DNA of 64,000 nt, from assembly GCA_044223515.1 (NCBI GenBank), contig JBGALV010000002.1, positions 64,015 to 128,014 of the forward strand. The letters are read 5' to 3'. The position numbers were made by a program, and so were the translations under genes. This document shows, one piece after another, positions 17,720 to 28,901 of this stretch (its first letter is position 1; every line of letters starts with the position of its first letter). Source of the stretch: Alphaproteobacteria bacterium (GTDB lineage: Bacteria; Pseudomonadota; Alphaproteobacteria; SHVZ01). Under the pieces are notes generated by a model. That model ran no database searches, was not told the origin of the DNA, and saw nothing but the letters and a program-made list of their open reading frames with translations.

Positions 17720-18586
17720 CTACTCCGCCGCCTTCGCCGCCCCCTGCTCCTCGGCCTCGATCCGCTTCCAGAGCGCGCGGACCATGTCCTTCATCATGAG
17801 GGCTTCCTGCCATCGGTCGGACAGATCCTCGTCGTTCCGGTCGACGATGGCGTATGGCCGCGGCCCCATCTCGCAAAGGAAGGTCAGCGTGCCGTCCTTC
17901 GGTGCACGTCGGCGCCAGGAACGGATGCCGTTTTCCCACCAGCCCATGAACAGGTCGACCCACGGCTTATGGTGCGGGAAGCTGATCGGAACCTGGATCT
18001 GTTCGCGGCTGGCGACGCGACCGTGGAAGCCCCAGCAATTGTCGAGGATCCGGTGCATCAGCTTGTGGTTCTCCTCGCTGATCGGCGGCCCGGCGAACTC
18101 GCGCCCGACAAGATAGTGGGAGATGTCGCCGGTCAGCTTCAGGTCCGGGAAGCAGTCGAGCAGATGCAGCGTGAAGAACAGGTCGGTCGTCATGCGGTCG
18201 CGATGCGTCTCGATGTGCATGCGCACGCCAGCCTCGTTCGCCAGCCGGCGCCACCCCTCGATATAGGGGATGCACTCCTCGATCCGATACGGCCGCACGT
18301 CCGGCTGCAGATTCAGGTGCTCGGCACCGAGCTTGGCGACGTTGTCGAGGATCGGCTTCAGGTCGTCGACCGTCTGCGGATAGCACTGCGCCTGCCAGGT
18401 GAGACCGTAGTCCTTGAGGATGGTCGTATGCGCCTTCGCCTGCTCGAAGTCGAAGAAGCGGACGCCGGCGCCGTCGAAGCCGGCGTCGCGGATCATCTTG
18501 AGCTTCTCTTCGAGCGTCCACTCCTTGCCGTCCGGAGCACGACGCTCCATCGCCCACATCGACTGGTAGACGAGCAGCTTCTGCAT
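17720..18586 (-). CDS. sugar phosphate isomerase/epimerase (xylose-isomerase-like TIM barrel) family protein
   Basis: 288 aa with the ..HIETHRDR../..DISHY.. metal-ligand pattern typical of the AP endonuclease 2 / xylose isomerase-like fold. Confidence 0.6.
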   Translation of the reverse strand: MQKLLVYQSMWAMERRAPDGKEWTLEEKLKMIRDAGFDGAGVRFFDFEQAKAHTTILKDYGLTWQAQCYPQTVDDLKPILDNVAKLGAEHLNLQPDVRPYRIEECIPYIEGWRRLANEAGVRMHIETHRDRMTTDLFFTLHLLDCFPDLKLTGDISHYLVGREFAGPPISEENHKLMHRILDNCWGFHGRVASREQIQVPISFPHHKPWVDLFMGWWENGIRSWRRRAPKDGTLTFLCEMGPRPYAIVDRNDEDLSDRWQEALMMKDMVRALWKRIEAEEQGAAKAAE

Positions 18587-18608
18587 GTCGTTCCCTCCGT
18601 TAGCCGCT

Positions 18609-19441
18609 TCAGGCGAGCCCGGCGGCGTGATGCTTCAAGTGGTCTTCGACGAAGGTCTGGATGAAGTAGTAGCTGTGGTCGTAGCCTGCGTGCCGGCGAA
18701 GCTCCAGCTTCTGGCCCGATGCCTTGGCCGCCTCCTCGAACAGCTCAGGCTTGAGCTGCTCGACCAGGAACTTGTCGGCCAGACCCTGATCGATGAGGAT
18801 CTTGCCGGCCAAGGGCTTCTTCTTCACGAGCTCGGACGCGTCGTAGTCGCGCCAGCCCGCCTGGTCGGGGCCGAGATATCCGGAGAACGCCTTCTGGCCC
18901 CAGGGGCAGCGCATCGGCGCCACGATCGGCGCGAAGGCTGAGACGGTCCGGTACTTGTCGGGGTTACGCAGCCCGAGGACCAGCGCGCCGTGTCCGCCCA
19001 TCGAATGTCCGAAGATGCCCTGGCGGTCCGCTTTCGCCGGGAACGAGCCGTCGATCAGCGTCCTAAGCTCGCTCGTAACATAGGCGTACATCCGGTACGC
19101 CTGCTTCCACGGCTCGGCCGTGGCGTCGACGTAGAAGCCGGCGCCGATGCCGAAGTCCCAGTTCGCATCGTCGCCCGGAAAGCGGGCGGCGCGCGGGCTG
19201 GTATCCGGCATCACCAGCATCAGGCCGAGCTCAGCGGCAACGCGCTGAGCTCCGGCCTTGATGGTGAAGGTCTCCTCCGTGCAGGTGAGACCAGCAAGGT
19301 AGGTGACGACCGGCACCTTGCCTTTGGCCGCCTGGGGCGGCTTGTAGACGGCGAACCGCATAGGCCCGCCGACGGCCTTGGACTCGTGCTTGTAGAAGCC
19401 CTGGGTGCCGCCGAAGCAGGCCTGCTCGGAGATCGTCTCCA

Positions 19442-19442
<1 letters not shown>
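18609..19442 (-). CDS. fghA: S-formylglutathione hydrolase (esterase D)
   Basis: METISEQACFGGTQGFYKHESK..., the GHSMGGHGAL nucleophile elbow and 278 aa are classic for FrmB/FghA. The ATG overlaps the adhC stop (ATGA). Confidence 0.9.
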
Positions 19443-20551
<1,109 letters not shown>

Positions 20552-20695
20552 GTCTGGTTTCCTCACCCGGATTCGTTGACGGCCGATCTTAAGGCCGCGA
20601 GCGAGGATAGCGGCACCGGATTTGCCGCGCCATGGAACCGGCTACCGCGCCGGGGGTTCTCCCAGGACCATAACAATGAAAGAACGGAGACACCG

Positions 20696-20854
20696 ATGAG
20701 CGTCGGTACCATTCTCCTGATCATCCTCGTCATCCTGCTGATCGGCTCGCTGCCGACCTGGCCCTACAGCTCCGGCTGGGGCTACTACCCGACCGGCGGT
20801 CTTGGGACCATCCTGGTCATCGTCATCATCCTGCTGCTGATGGGACGCATATAG
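20696..20854 (+). CDS. DUF3309 family small membrane protein
   Basis: MSVGTILLIILVILLIGSLPTWPYSSGWGYYPTGGLGTILVIVIILLLMGRI (52 aa) is the canonical DUF3309 pattern. A GGAGA RBS is present. Confidence 0.75.
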   Translation: MSVGTILLIILVILLIGSLPTWPYSSGWGYYPTGGLGTILVIVIILLLMGRI

Positions 20855-20875
20855 GGCCTCCCTCCCGCCTTCCCT

Positions 20876-20918
20876 GGCCGCCTCGGTTTCCCTCCCCGAG
20901 GCGGCCGGATCGGTTTTG
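20876..20918 (+). terminator. Intrinsic terminator after DUF3309 gene
   Basis: Stem GGCCGCCTCGG-tttccctcc-CCGAGGCGGCC, then GGATCGGTTTTG. Confidence 0.6.
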
Positions 20919-20962
20919 CTCTCCTACCTCCGGAATCCAACCAGCAACCGGCTATTTATCTA

Positions 20963-21018
20963 GCAACGCAAGTAGTTGCCGCGCGCCGGACCCTCTGTCA
21001 TAAAATTGTAACTGACAG
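20963..21018. promoter_or_regulatory. Candidate operator palindromes upstream of the ABC operon (GCAAC-N7-GTTGC and CTGTCA-N12-TGACAG)
   Basis: Two dyads sit in the 190-nt leader before the permease ATG at 21045. The second is AT-rich at its centre (TAAAATTGTAAC). Confidence 0.4.
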
Positions 21019-21044
21019 GCGACGACGGATTCACGGCGGGGGCG

Positions 21045-22895
21045 ATGACGACGACGGCCGGGACGAAACACGCGCCGCTCGTCTTCGCGCTGAGACGTCT
21101 CGGCGCTCGACCGGAACTCATTCTCGGCAGTCTGCTGACGCTGGTCCTAGGCCTCCTCGTTCTCACGCCGCTTGCCGAGGCACTTCACGACGCTTTTACC
21201 TACCAGCCCTACGACCTCGCCTACCGTCGCGACGCGGAGGTCGGCAGCTTCACGCTCTTCCATTTCGAGCGCATCTTCGCCGGGCAGCTGTCGCTCGCAC
21301 TCTTCTATCGCCCGTTTCTCAACAGCCTGATCGTTGGCGTAGGCGTCACCGCGATTGCGATCGTGGTCGGCACCGGGCTCGCCTGGCTGATGGTGCGGAC
21401 CGACATGCCCGGCCGCTCGTTCTTCGGCTTCCTCGCCGTCGTTCCCTACATGATGCCGTCCTGGGTCCTGGCGCTGGCCTGGCTCAGCCTGTTCCGCAAC
21501 AGCCGCTACGGCGGCGGCGACGGCATGGTCACCTACTTCTTCGACGTCGAGCCCGCGAACTGGTTCTCCTACGGGCTCCTGCCGATCGTCATCTGCCTTG
21601 CTCTCCACTATTACGCCTATGCCTTCCTGCTGATGGGCGGCGCGATGGAGAGCGTCGACTCCGAGCTCGAGGAGGCCGGGGCCACCTCCGGCATCCCGAA
21701 ATTCAAGCGCCTGATGCTGATCACCGTGCCGCTCCTGCTGCCGGCACTGGGATCGGCGATCGTCATGACCTTCATCCGCGTGCTCGGCACCTTCGGCACG
21801 CCGGCGCTGCTGGGCCTGCCGGTCCGCTTCTTCACCTTCTCGACCCAGATCTATGCCGCGCTCAAGTCCAGGAACGCTGGCGATGGCTTCGTCCTGGCGC
21901 TGGTGCTGGTGGTCATGGCGATCCTGTTCATCCAGATCAACAGCCGCATCGTCGGCGTGCGCAAAAGCTTCGTCACGCTCACCGGCAAGGGCTTCCGGCG
22001 CCGCCCCGTCCGGCTTGGCGCCTGGCGCTGGCCGATGGTCGGGCTGGTCACGCTGTTCATGCTGATCGTCGTTGCGTTCCCGATGATGATCCTGGTCTGG
22101 GAATCGCTGATGTTCCGGGCCAACGACTACAGCCTGGGAAACCTGACGCTCCACTACTGGATCGGCGGCGCCACCGAGTCCCTGCAGACCGGCGATCCCG
22201 GGATCCTCAACAACCCGCGCATCCACGAGGCGCTTTGGAACAGCCTCAAGCTGGGATTCTCGGCATCGATCGTGAACGGCCTTCTCGGCCTGCTGGTCGG
22301 ATATGCCATCGTCCGTAGCCGCGGCAGCCTGATGGCGAAGGCGCTCGAAGGCATTTCGTTCGCCCCCTACATCTTCCCGTCGATCGCGCTCGGCGCGATC
22401 TACATTGGCATCTTCGCTCGCAGCTACGGGCCGCTTCCGGCACTCTATGGCACCTTCACTCTCCTCGTGCTGATCACGGTGGTGAAGAACCTGCCGTTCA
22501 CGGCACGAACCGGCATGGCCGCCATGCACCAGATCGACAAATCGCTGGAGGAGACGGCGCGGGTCCAGGGCATCGGCTGGCTCCGCCGCATGTGGCAGAT
22601 CATTCTGCCGATGTCGCGCAGCGGCGTGGTCGCCGGCATGCTGCTGACCTTTATCTCGGCAATGCGCGAGCTGTCGCTGATCGTCCTGCTGGTGACGCCG
22701 TCGACCATGGTGCTGCCCGGGCTGATCTACGGCTACCAGGAGCAGAATCAGCCACAGCACTCGAGCGCGGTGTCCCTGATGCTCGTCTTGATCATCTTCG
22801 TCGTCAACGGCTTGGTCCGGCTGACCACCGGACAGAGCTTCTCGAGCCGGAAGAAGCCCGACGTCGATCGGGCCGAACGGGCGGTCGCCCATTGA
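21045..22895 (+). CDS. ABC transporter permease, fused tandem (Fe3+/2-AEP/spermidine-type, two TMD repeats)
   Basis: 616 aa with two copies of the BPD-transporter inner membrane domain and its EAA loops. Layout resembles FbpB/SfuB. Confidence 0.8.
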   Translation: MTTTAGTKHAPLVFALRRLGARPELILGSLLTLVLGLLVLTPLAEALHDAFTYQPYDLAYRRDAEVGSFTLFHFERIFAGQLSLALFYRPFLNSLIVGVGVTAIAIVVGTGLAWLMVRTDMPGRSFFGFLAVVPYMMPSWVLALAWLSLFRNSRYGGGDGMVTYFFDVEPANWFSYGLLPIVICLALHYYAYAFLLMGGAMESVDSELEEAGATSGIPKFKRLMLITVPLLLPALGSAIVMTFIRVLGTFGTPALLGLPVRFFTFSTQIYAALKSRNAGDGFVLALVLVVMAILFIQINSRIVGVRKSFVTLTGKGFRRRPVRLGAWRWPMVGLVTLFMLIVVAFPMMILVWESLMFRANDYSLGNLTLHYWIGGATESLQTGDPGILNNPRIHEALWNSLKLGFSASIVNGLLGLLVGYAIVRSRGSLMAKALEGISFAPYIFPSIALGAIYIGIFARSYGPLPALYGTFTLLVLITVVKNLPFTARTGMAAMHQIDKSLEETARVQGIGWLRRMWQIILPMSRSGVVAGMLLTFISAMRELSLIVLLVTPSTMVLPGLIYGYQEQNQPQHSSAVSLMLVLIIFVVNGLVRLTTGQSFSSRKKPDVDRAERAVAH

Positions 22896-22916
22896 TCGGT
22901 AGGTAAGGAGGACACC

Positions 22917-24155
22917 ATGAGGATGTTCAAGCGCGCATTCCTGGCGACCGTTGCAGCGGCGGCTCTGGCATTCGCCGCTCCCGCCATCGCCCAGGACAAA
23001 GTCCCGGCCGACATCGACGCCTGGATGAAGCAGGCGAAGCTCGGCGCCTACGACGTCAGCGAGAACTGGGACGAGGTGATCAAGAACGCCAAGGCCGAGG
23101 GCGCCCTGGTGATCTACTCGTCCTCATCACGCATGAGCAAGGTCGCGCAGTGGTTCATGGAGGTCTATCCGGAGATCAAGGTCTCGGCCTTCGACCTCGG
23201 CTCGACCCAGACGATCGAGAAGACGATCCGCGAGCAGGACGCCAAGCAGTACAACGCCGACATCGTCACCACCGGCGGCTCGGGCGAGATCGTCCACGAC
23301 ATGATGAAGAAGCACCGGCTCTTCAACTACGTGCCGAAGCACTTCGTCGACAAGATCCCGAAGGAGAATCGCGAGCCGCTGCTGGTGCGCGTCAACGAGG
23401 CCGTGGTCTTCTTCTATTCTGGCGAGGCCTGGCCGAACGAGCAGCCGATCAAGAACATCTGGGAACTGACGCTGCCCAAGTGGAAGGGCCGCGTCGGAAT
23501 CAAGGACCCGCTCGACTCAGGCTCGCTGTTCATGGGCATCGCCACCTACGTCCAGCACAAGGACGAGATGGCCGCCGCCTACAAGCGCATGACCGGCCAG
23601 GACATCAAGCTTTCGCCGGGCGTGCCGGATGCCGGGCATGAATGGCTCTACCGGCTGCTCAAGAACGATGCGATCCCGAACAAGTCCGGTCCGAAGCTGA
23701 TCGCTGCGGCCGGCACCAAGGGTGCCCGCAACCCGATGATCGCCATGTCGAACATGACGCACATCTCGTACAACGACGAGTACGGTCTCGTGAACAAGAT
23801 GGTGGTCGAGCTCGATCCGGCGGCGAAGATCGTCTACCCGACCTACACGGCGATCGCGCGCTTCGCCAAGCACCCGAACGCGGCGAAGCTGTTCACCGCC
23901 TACTCGCTCGGCTCGACGCAGCTTACCAAGGACACGAAGATCGAGAGACCCTACGACAAGGGCAAGAGCCGCGACCTGCTCCTGGGCTTCGCGCCGTTCT
24001 TCGACCCGGGCTCGGTAAGCCCGCGAAACGACGTACCGCTGCCCCCGGGCGGCGAGGCCTGGGACAAGATGGCCGGCTGGATCGCCGATCCGGACTATCT
24101 CTGGTTCGAAAGCGCCAAGGTCCGCGACTTCTACATCCAGCACGTCTCGCCTTAA
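22917..24155 (+). CDS. ABC transporter periplasmic substrate-binding protein (SBP family 1, Fe3+-type)
   Basis: Signal peptide ...AFAAPAIAQD. 412 aa, cluster-D SBP size and context. Confidence 0.7.
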   Translation: MRMFKRAFLATVAAAALAFAAPAIAQDKVPADIDAWMKQAKLGAYDVSENWDEVIKNAKAEGALVIYSSSSRMSKVAQWFMEVYPEIKVSAFDLGSTQTIEKTIREQDAKQYNADIVTTGGSGEIVHDMMKKHRLFNYVPKHFVDKIPKENREPLLVRVNEAVVFFYSGEAWPNEQPIKNIWELTLPKWKGRVGIKDPLDSGSLFMGIATYVQHKDEMAAAYKRMTGQDIKLSPGVPDAGHEWLYRLLKNDAIPNKSGPKLIAAAGTKGARNPMIAMSNMTHISYNDEYGLVNKMVVELDPAAKIVYPTYTAIARFAKHPNAAKLFTAYSLGSTQLTKDTKIERPYDKGKSRDLLLGFAPFFDPGSVSPRNDVPLPPGGEAWDKMAGWIADPDYLWFESAKVRDFYIQHVSP

Positions 24156-24164
24156 GTCACCGGC

Positions 24165-25250
24165 ATGGAAGAGATCCAGCTGAGGGGCGTGGCCAAGGCC
24201 TATGGCCGCGCCCCTGCCGTGCGGAACCTGGACCTGACGGTCCCACCCGGCGAGTTCCTGACCATCCTCGGCCCTTCGGGCTGCGGAAAGACTACGACGC
24301 TTCGCATCGTCGCCGGGCTCGAGGACCCGGACCAGGGTCAGGTCCAGCTGGGTTCGCGTCTCGTGTTCTGCCGAGACCAGGGTGTTCTCGTGCCGCCGGA
24401 AAATCGGCAGCTCGGCCTGATCTTCCAGAGCTACGCACTCTGGCCGCACATGACCGTGGCGAGGAACGTCACTCTCGCCTTGAAGGAAAGGCGCCTTGCA
24501 GCGCACGAGATCGCCCGTCGCCTCGACGACGCGCTCGAGCGCGTGCAGCTCGGCCCGATGCGCGATCGCTATCCTTCGGAGCTTTCAGGCGGACAGCAGC
24601 AGCGCGTCGCCGTCGCACGGCTGATCGCGCTCAAGCCGTCGATCCTCCTGATGGACGAGCCGCTCTCCAACCTGGACGCCGTTCTCCGGACGGAGATGCG
24701 CGGTGAGCTTCGTCGGCTGCACCAGGATCTCGGCGCCACCACGATCTATGTGACGCACGATCAGGTGGAGGCGCTGACGCTTTCCGACACCATCGTCATC
24801 ATGAACGAAGGTGTGGTCGAGCAGCGAGGATCGCCCTACGACACCTATCACCGCCCGGAGACGCTGTTCGTCGCCGAGTTCATCGGGGATCCCCGCATCA
24901 ACCGAGTCGACGGGCGCCTGTCCGGCGACCGCGGTGCCGACTTCGGCGACTTCTCGCTCGCGCTGGACCAGCCACTCTCCGCAAAGAGTGGCGAAGTCAT
25001 CGGGACGATCCGCCCCGAGATGATCTCGTTGTCGCAGAAGGAAGCGGCCGGCGCGATCCCGGTCACGATCGAGACCATCCAGCCGACCGGCTCGCAGACC
25101 ATCCTGCACGTGCGGAGCGCCGGACGCCCCTACACAGTGCTCCAGTCGGGCTTCGTCCGTGCACGCCCGGGTGACACGGCTTGGCTCTCATTCGATGCGG
25201 CGTCGTTCAATTTCTTCGACCCGGCAAGCCGGCGGCGCATCGGCCCCTAG
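24165..25250 (+). CDS. ABC transporter ATP-binding protein with C-terminal TOBE domain
   Basis: Walker A GPSGCGKTT, signature LSGGQQQRVAVARL and Walker B LLMDEPLSNLD. Confidence 0.85.
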   Translation: MEEIQLRGVAKAYGRAPAVRNLDLTVPPGEFLTILGPSGCGKTTTLRIVAGLEDPDQGQVQLGSRLVFCRDQGVLVPPENRQLGLIFQSYALWPHMTVARNVTLALKERRLAAHEIARRLDDALERVQLGPMRDRYPSELSGGQQQRVAVARLIALKPSILLMDEPLSNLDAVLRTEMRGELRRLHQDLGATTIYVTHDQVEALTLSDTIVIMNEGVVEQRGSPYDTYHRPETLFVAEFIGDPRINRVDGRLSGDRGADFGDFSLALDQPLSAKSGEVIGTIRPEMISLSQKEAAGAIPVTIETIQPTGSQTILHVRSAGRPYTVLQSGFVRARPGDTAWLSFDAASFNFFDPASRRRIGP

Positions 25251-25864
25251 GCCAGAGGACCGTCCGCTTCCTCAATCTTCCTGATCCAGCCGGCCGCACG
25301 CTTCACCGCATCGAGCAACATCGGCTTAGGCGTCTCGAACCATTCGTCGGGCTGAAGCTCGCGGTGATGGCGGATATGCGCCAGCGCCGCATCGATGGTC
25401 GGGAACTGCTTCGGCAGCTGAATGTGCAGGTAGAGCGCCACCAGCGCCACCGACCGGCTGCGCCCGCCCCGGCAGTGGACCAGGATGTTGCCGCGCTCGC
25501 GCCTCGGATAGCTCGGCTTCTCGGGCAGCTCCTGATGGGCCGCGCCGTAGAGGAGATAGTAGCCGGCCAACATCATGCTCTCGGGATTGCCCGCCCCGTC
25601 GACGAGTCCGAGCTTGTAGGACCGGATCGCACCGGTTCCGGCCGCGCACTGCATGCCGGCCGCCGGGATGCTCGGCTCGGTGACGTAGTTGATGTCGAGG
25701 TTGACGGCGCAGTTCACCACCGTGGTGATGCCGTTCTCCTTCAGCAACGCGAGGTCCCGAGCACCTTCCGTGTCGCCGATATAGAGCTTGGCTCCGTAGG
25801 GCGGCAGTCCCTCGGCGATCAGGCTGACGGCAGGACGCTCATAGACCGGAGCTTCGATCGCCAT
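25247..25864 (-). CDS. dual-specificity / tyrosine-type protein phosphatase (CX5R family)
   Basis: P-loop VHCRGGRSRS (HCxxGxxR[ST]) with an upstream Asp. 205 aa, convergent with the ABC operon. Confidence 0.7.
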   Translation of the reverse strand: MAIEAPVYERPAVSLIAEGLPPYGAKLYIGDTEGARDLALLKENGITTVVNCAVNLDINYVTEPSIPAAGMQCAAGTGAIRSYKLGLVDGAGNPESMMLAGYYLLYGAAHQELPEKPSYPRRERGNILVHCRGGRSRSVALVALYLHIQLPKQFPTIDAALAHIRHHRELQPDEWFETPKPMLLDAVKRAAGWIRKIEEADGPLA

Positions 25865-25963
25865 GGAAGTCGATTTTCCTGACAGGAAATATATTTTCCG
25901 GGAGTTGACCCGCCCGGTCGCGCCGTTATCATCGGGCGTCCCCTCCCTCGGAGACTACGAAAA

Positions 25964-26863
25964 ATGTGCGGGATCGTCGGCCTCTTCCTCAAGGATCCGA
26001 AACTCGAGCCCGACCTCGGGCGGCTCCTGTCCAACATGATGGGGGTGCTATCAGATCGCGGCCCCGACAGCGCCGGCTTCGCGGTCTTCGGCCGCGGCCA
26101 GTCCGGCAACGTCAAGCTGACGGTGCGTGGCGCCGAGGGAACCGACTTCGCGGCCCTCGCCCGCAAGCTCTCCGAGGCGCTCGGCACCAAGGTCGCCGCC
26201 GTAGGCCGGCATACCCATGGCATCCTGACCCTGCCGGCGGACCGCGAGGCCGACGCCAAGGCGGCGCTGGCCAGGATCGCCCCGAAGATCGACCTCGTCG
26301 GTGCCGGCGCCCGCATGGAGCTCTACAAGGAGGTTGGCCGGCCCGAGCTGGTTGCGACCCAGTTCGGCCTCGAACGCATGCCCGGCACCCACGGCATCTG
26401 CCACACGCGCATGGCGACAGAATCGGCAGTGACCACCAACGGCGCACACCCCTTCTCGACCGGGCTCGACCAGTGCCTGGTCCACAACGGATCTCTCTCC
26501 AACCACAACGCCGTCCGCCGCGACCTGCGCCGTGACGGCATCGAGTTCGCGACCGAGAACGACACCGAGGTCGCAGCCGGCTACCTCACCGCCCGCATGC
26601 ACAAGGGTGCCAGCCTCAAGCAGGCGCTGACCGACGCGCTGACCGATCTCGACGGCTTCTACACCTTCGTCGTCGGGACCGAGTCCGGCTTCGGCGTGCT
26701 GCGCGATCCGATCGCCTGCAAGCCGGCGGTGATGGCCGAGACCGACCGCTACGTCGCCTTCGGCTCCGAATATCGCGCGCTGGTCGACCTCCCGGACATC
26801 GGCAAGGCGAAGATCTGGGAGCCGGAACCGGCCACCGTCTATTTCTGGGAGCGGCCGAATTGA
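25964..26863 (+). CDS. mgsA: class-II glutamine amidotransferase subunit (N-methylglutamate synthase subunit A-like)
   Basis: Starts MCGIVG (Ntn-hydrolase Cys1). At 299 aa it is a GltB N-domain standalone. It heads a four-gene set with GXGXG, FMN and GS-like genes. Confidence 0.7.
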   Translation: MCGIVGLFLKDPKLEPDLGRLLSNMMGVLSDRGPDSAGFAVFGRGQSGNVKLTVRGAEGTDFAALARKLSEALGTKVAAVGRHTHGILTLPADREADAKAALARIAPKIDLVGAGARMELYKEVGRPELVATQFGLERMPGTHGICHTRMATESAVTTNGAHPFSTGLDQCLVHNGSLSNHNAVRRDLRRDGIEFATENDTEVAAGYLTARMHKGASLKQALTDALTDLDGFYTFVVGTESGFGVLRDPIACKPAVMAETDRYVAFGSEYRALVDLPDIGKAKIWEPEPATVYFWERPN

Positions 26864-27552
26864 ACGCGAGCGAGCAGGTCGTCGATCTTTCGACGACCGA
26901 ACTGAGAGAGCTGAATTCCGCCCTTCACAAGCTGAAGCCCGACACCAACCAGACGCTTTGGCGCATCTCCAATCCGCGTGGCCGCCATTCTGTCGCGGTC
27001 GGCGTGGATGCGCCGGTCACCATCGAGATCGACGGCCATGTCGGCTACTACTGCGCCGGCATGAACAAGCATGCGACGGTGATCGTCAATGGTAACGCCG
27101 GCACCGGCGTCGCCGAGAACATCATGTCGGGCACCGTGCATGTGAAGGGCGATGCCAGCCAGTCGGCAGGTGCCACCGGCTGCGGCGGCATGCTGATCAT
27201 CGACGGCAACGCCTCTGCCCGCTGCGGCATCTCGATGAAGGGCGTCGACATCGTGGTGAAAGGCAGCGTCGGCCATATGTCGGCGTTCATGGCCCAGGCG
27301 GGAACCCTGGTCGTGCTCGGCGATGCAGGCGAGAGCCTCGGCGACTCGATCTACGAGGCGCGCCTTTATGTACGCGGCAAAGTGCAGGGCCTCGGCGCCG
27401 ACTGCATCGAGAAGCCGATGACCGATCATCACAAGGCCAAGCTCGTCGCCAAGCTGAGATCCGCCGGCGTCACCGGTGTCGATGTCGGCGCCTTCAAGCG
27501 CTACGGATCGGCTCGCCGCCTCTATCACTTCCACGTCGACAACGTGTACTGA
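26860..27552 (+). CDS. mgsB: glutamate synthase GXGXG-domain subunit (N-methylglutamate synthase subunit B-like)
   Basis: 230 aa with repeated GxGxG beta-helix motifs (VNGNAGTGV..KGDASQSAGATGCGG..). The start overlaps the mgsA stop. Confidence 0.7.
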   Translation: MNASEQVVDLSTTELRELNSALHKLKPDTNQTLWRISNPRGRHSVAVGVDAPVTIEIDGHVGYYCAGMNKHATVIVNGNAGTGVAENIMSGTVHVKGDASQSAGATGCGGMLIIDGNASARCGISMKGVDIVVKGSVGHMSAFMAQAGTLVVLGDAGESLGDSIYEARLYVRGKVQGLGADCIEKPMTDHHKAKLVAKLRSAGVTGVDVGAFKRYGSARRLYHFHVDNVY

Positions 27553-27555
27553 GCC

Positions 27556-28878
27556 ATGAGCCAGCCGATCACCACACCCCGCAAGTCGGCGACCTTCGAC
27601 GACTACACGCTGTCCGAGATCCGCCGCGCCGCGTCGACCGGGATCTACGACATCCGCGGCGCCGGCGCCAAGCGCAAGGTCCCGCATTTCGACGACCTGC
27701 TTTTCCTCGGCGCCTCGATCTCGCGATATCCGCTCGAAGGCTATCGCGAGCGCTGCGGCACCAACGTCATTCTGGGCGCGCGCCATGCCAAAAAGCCGAT
27801 CGAGCTCAAGATCCCGATCACCATCGCCGGCATGAGCTTCGGCTCGCTCTCGGCGAACGCAAAAGAAGCGCTCGGCCGTGGTGCCTCGATGGTGGGAACC
27901 TCGACCACCACCGGCGACGGCGGCATGACGCAGGAAGAACGCGGCCACTCCTCGCTGCTGGTCTACCAGATCCTGCCGTCGCGCTACGGCATGAACCCCG
28001 ACGACCTTCGACGGGCGGACGCGATCGAGATCGTCGTCGGCCAGGGTGCGAAGCCCGGCGGCGGCGGCATGCTGCTGGGGCAGAAGATCACGGAACGGGT
28101 CGCCGGCATGCGCGTGCTGCCGGTCGGCATCGACCAGCGCTCTGCCTGCCGCCACCCGGACTGGACCGGCCCGGACGATCTCCAGATCAAGATCGAGGAA
28201 GTCCGCGAAATCACCGATTGGGAGAAGCCGATTTACGTCAAGGTAGGCGCATCCCGCCCCTACTACGACACGGCACTGGCTGTGAAAGCGGGCGCCGACG
28301 TGGTCGTGCTCGATGGCATGCAGGGCGGTACGGCCGCGACCCAGGAAGTCTTCATCGAGAATGTCGGCCTGCCGATCCTGTCGGCGATCCGGCCGGCGGT
28401 GCAAGCGCTCATCGATCTCGGCCTGCACCGGAAGGTGCAGCTGATCGTCTCCGGCGGCATCCGCAACGGCGCCGACGTGGCGAAGGCATTGGCGCTCGGC
28501 GCCGACGCCGTCGCGATCGGCAGCGCGGCGCTGGTCGCGCTCGGCGACAACGATCCGGCGCTCGAGGCGGAGTACGCGAAGCTCGGCACCACCGCCGGCG
28601 CCTATGACGACTGGCACGAGGGCCGCGATCCCGCCGGCATCACCACTCAGGACCAGGCGCTGATGGCGCGGCTCGATCCGGTGAAGGCCGGTCGCCGGCT
28701 CGCCAACTACCTCGCCGTGATGACGCTGGAGGCGCAGACGATCGCGCGCGCCTGCGGCAAGAGCCACGTGCACAATCTCGAGCCCGAGGACCTGGTGGCG
28801 CTGACCATCGAGGCGGCGGCGATGGCACGGGTCCCTCTTGCCGGTACGAACTGGGTACCCGGCGGAGGCTCGTTCTAA
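27556..28878 (+). CDS. mgsC: glutamate synthase FMN-binding domain subunit (N-methylglutamate synthase subunit C-like)
   Basis: 440 aa, homologous to the GltB FMN/TIM-barrel domain (GMSFGSLS..VVGQGAKPGGGG..SGGIRNGADVAKALALGADAV). Confidence 0.7.
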   Translation: MSQPITTPRKSATFDDYTLSEIRRAASTGIYDIRGAGAKRKVPHFDDLLFLGASISRYPLEGYRERCGTNVILGARHAKKPIELKIPITIAGMSFGSLSANAKEALGRGASMVGTSTTTGDGGMTQEERGHSSLLVYQILPSRYGMNPDDLRRADAIEIVVGQGAKPGGGGMLLGQKITERVAGMRVLPVGIDQRSACRHPDWTGPDDLQIKIEEVREITDWEKPIYVKVGASRPYYDTALAVKAGADVVVLDGMQGGTAATQEVFIENVGLPILSAIRPAVQALIDLGLHRKVQLIVSGGIRNGADVAKALALGADAVAIGSAALVALGDNDPALEAEYAKLGTTAGAYDDWHEGRDPAGITTQDQALMARLDPVKAGRRLANYLAVMTLEAQTIARACGKSHVHNLEPEDLVALTIEAAAMARVPLAGTNWVPGGGSF

Positions 28879-28901
28879 GCAAGACGAACAGGGGGACTGT
28901 C

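Noticed and set aside
20567-20695. EcfG-type promoter upstream of the DUF3309 gene
   Set aside because: The sequence is GGAAC-N17-GTTC. The -10 is not CGTT, so it is not called as an EcfG promoter. It is mentioned only as a near miss.
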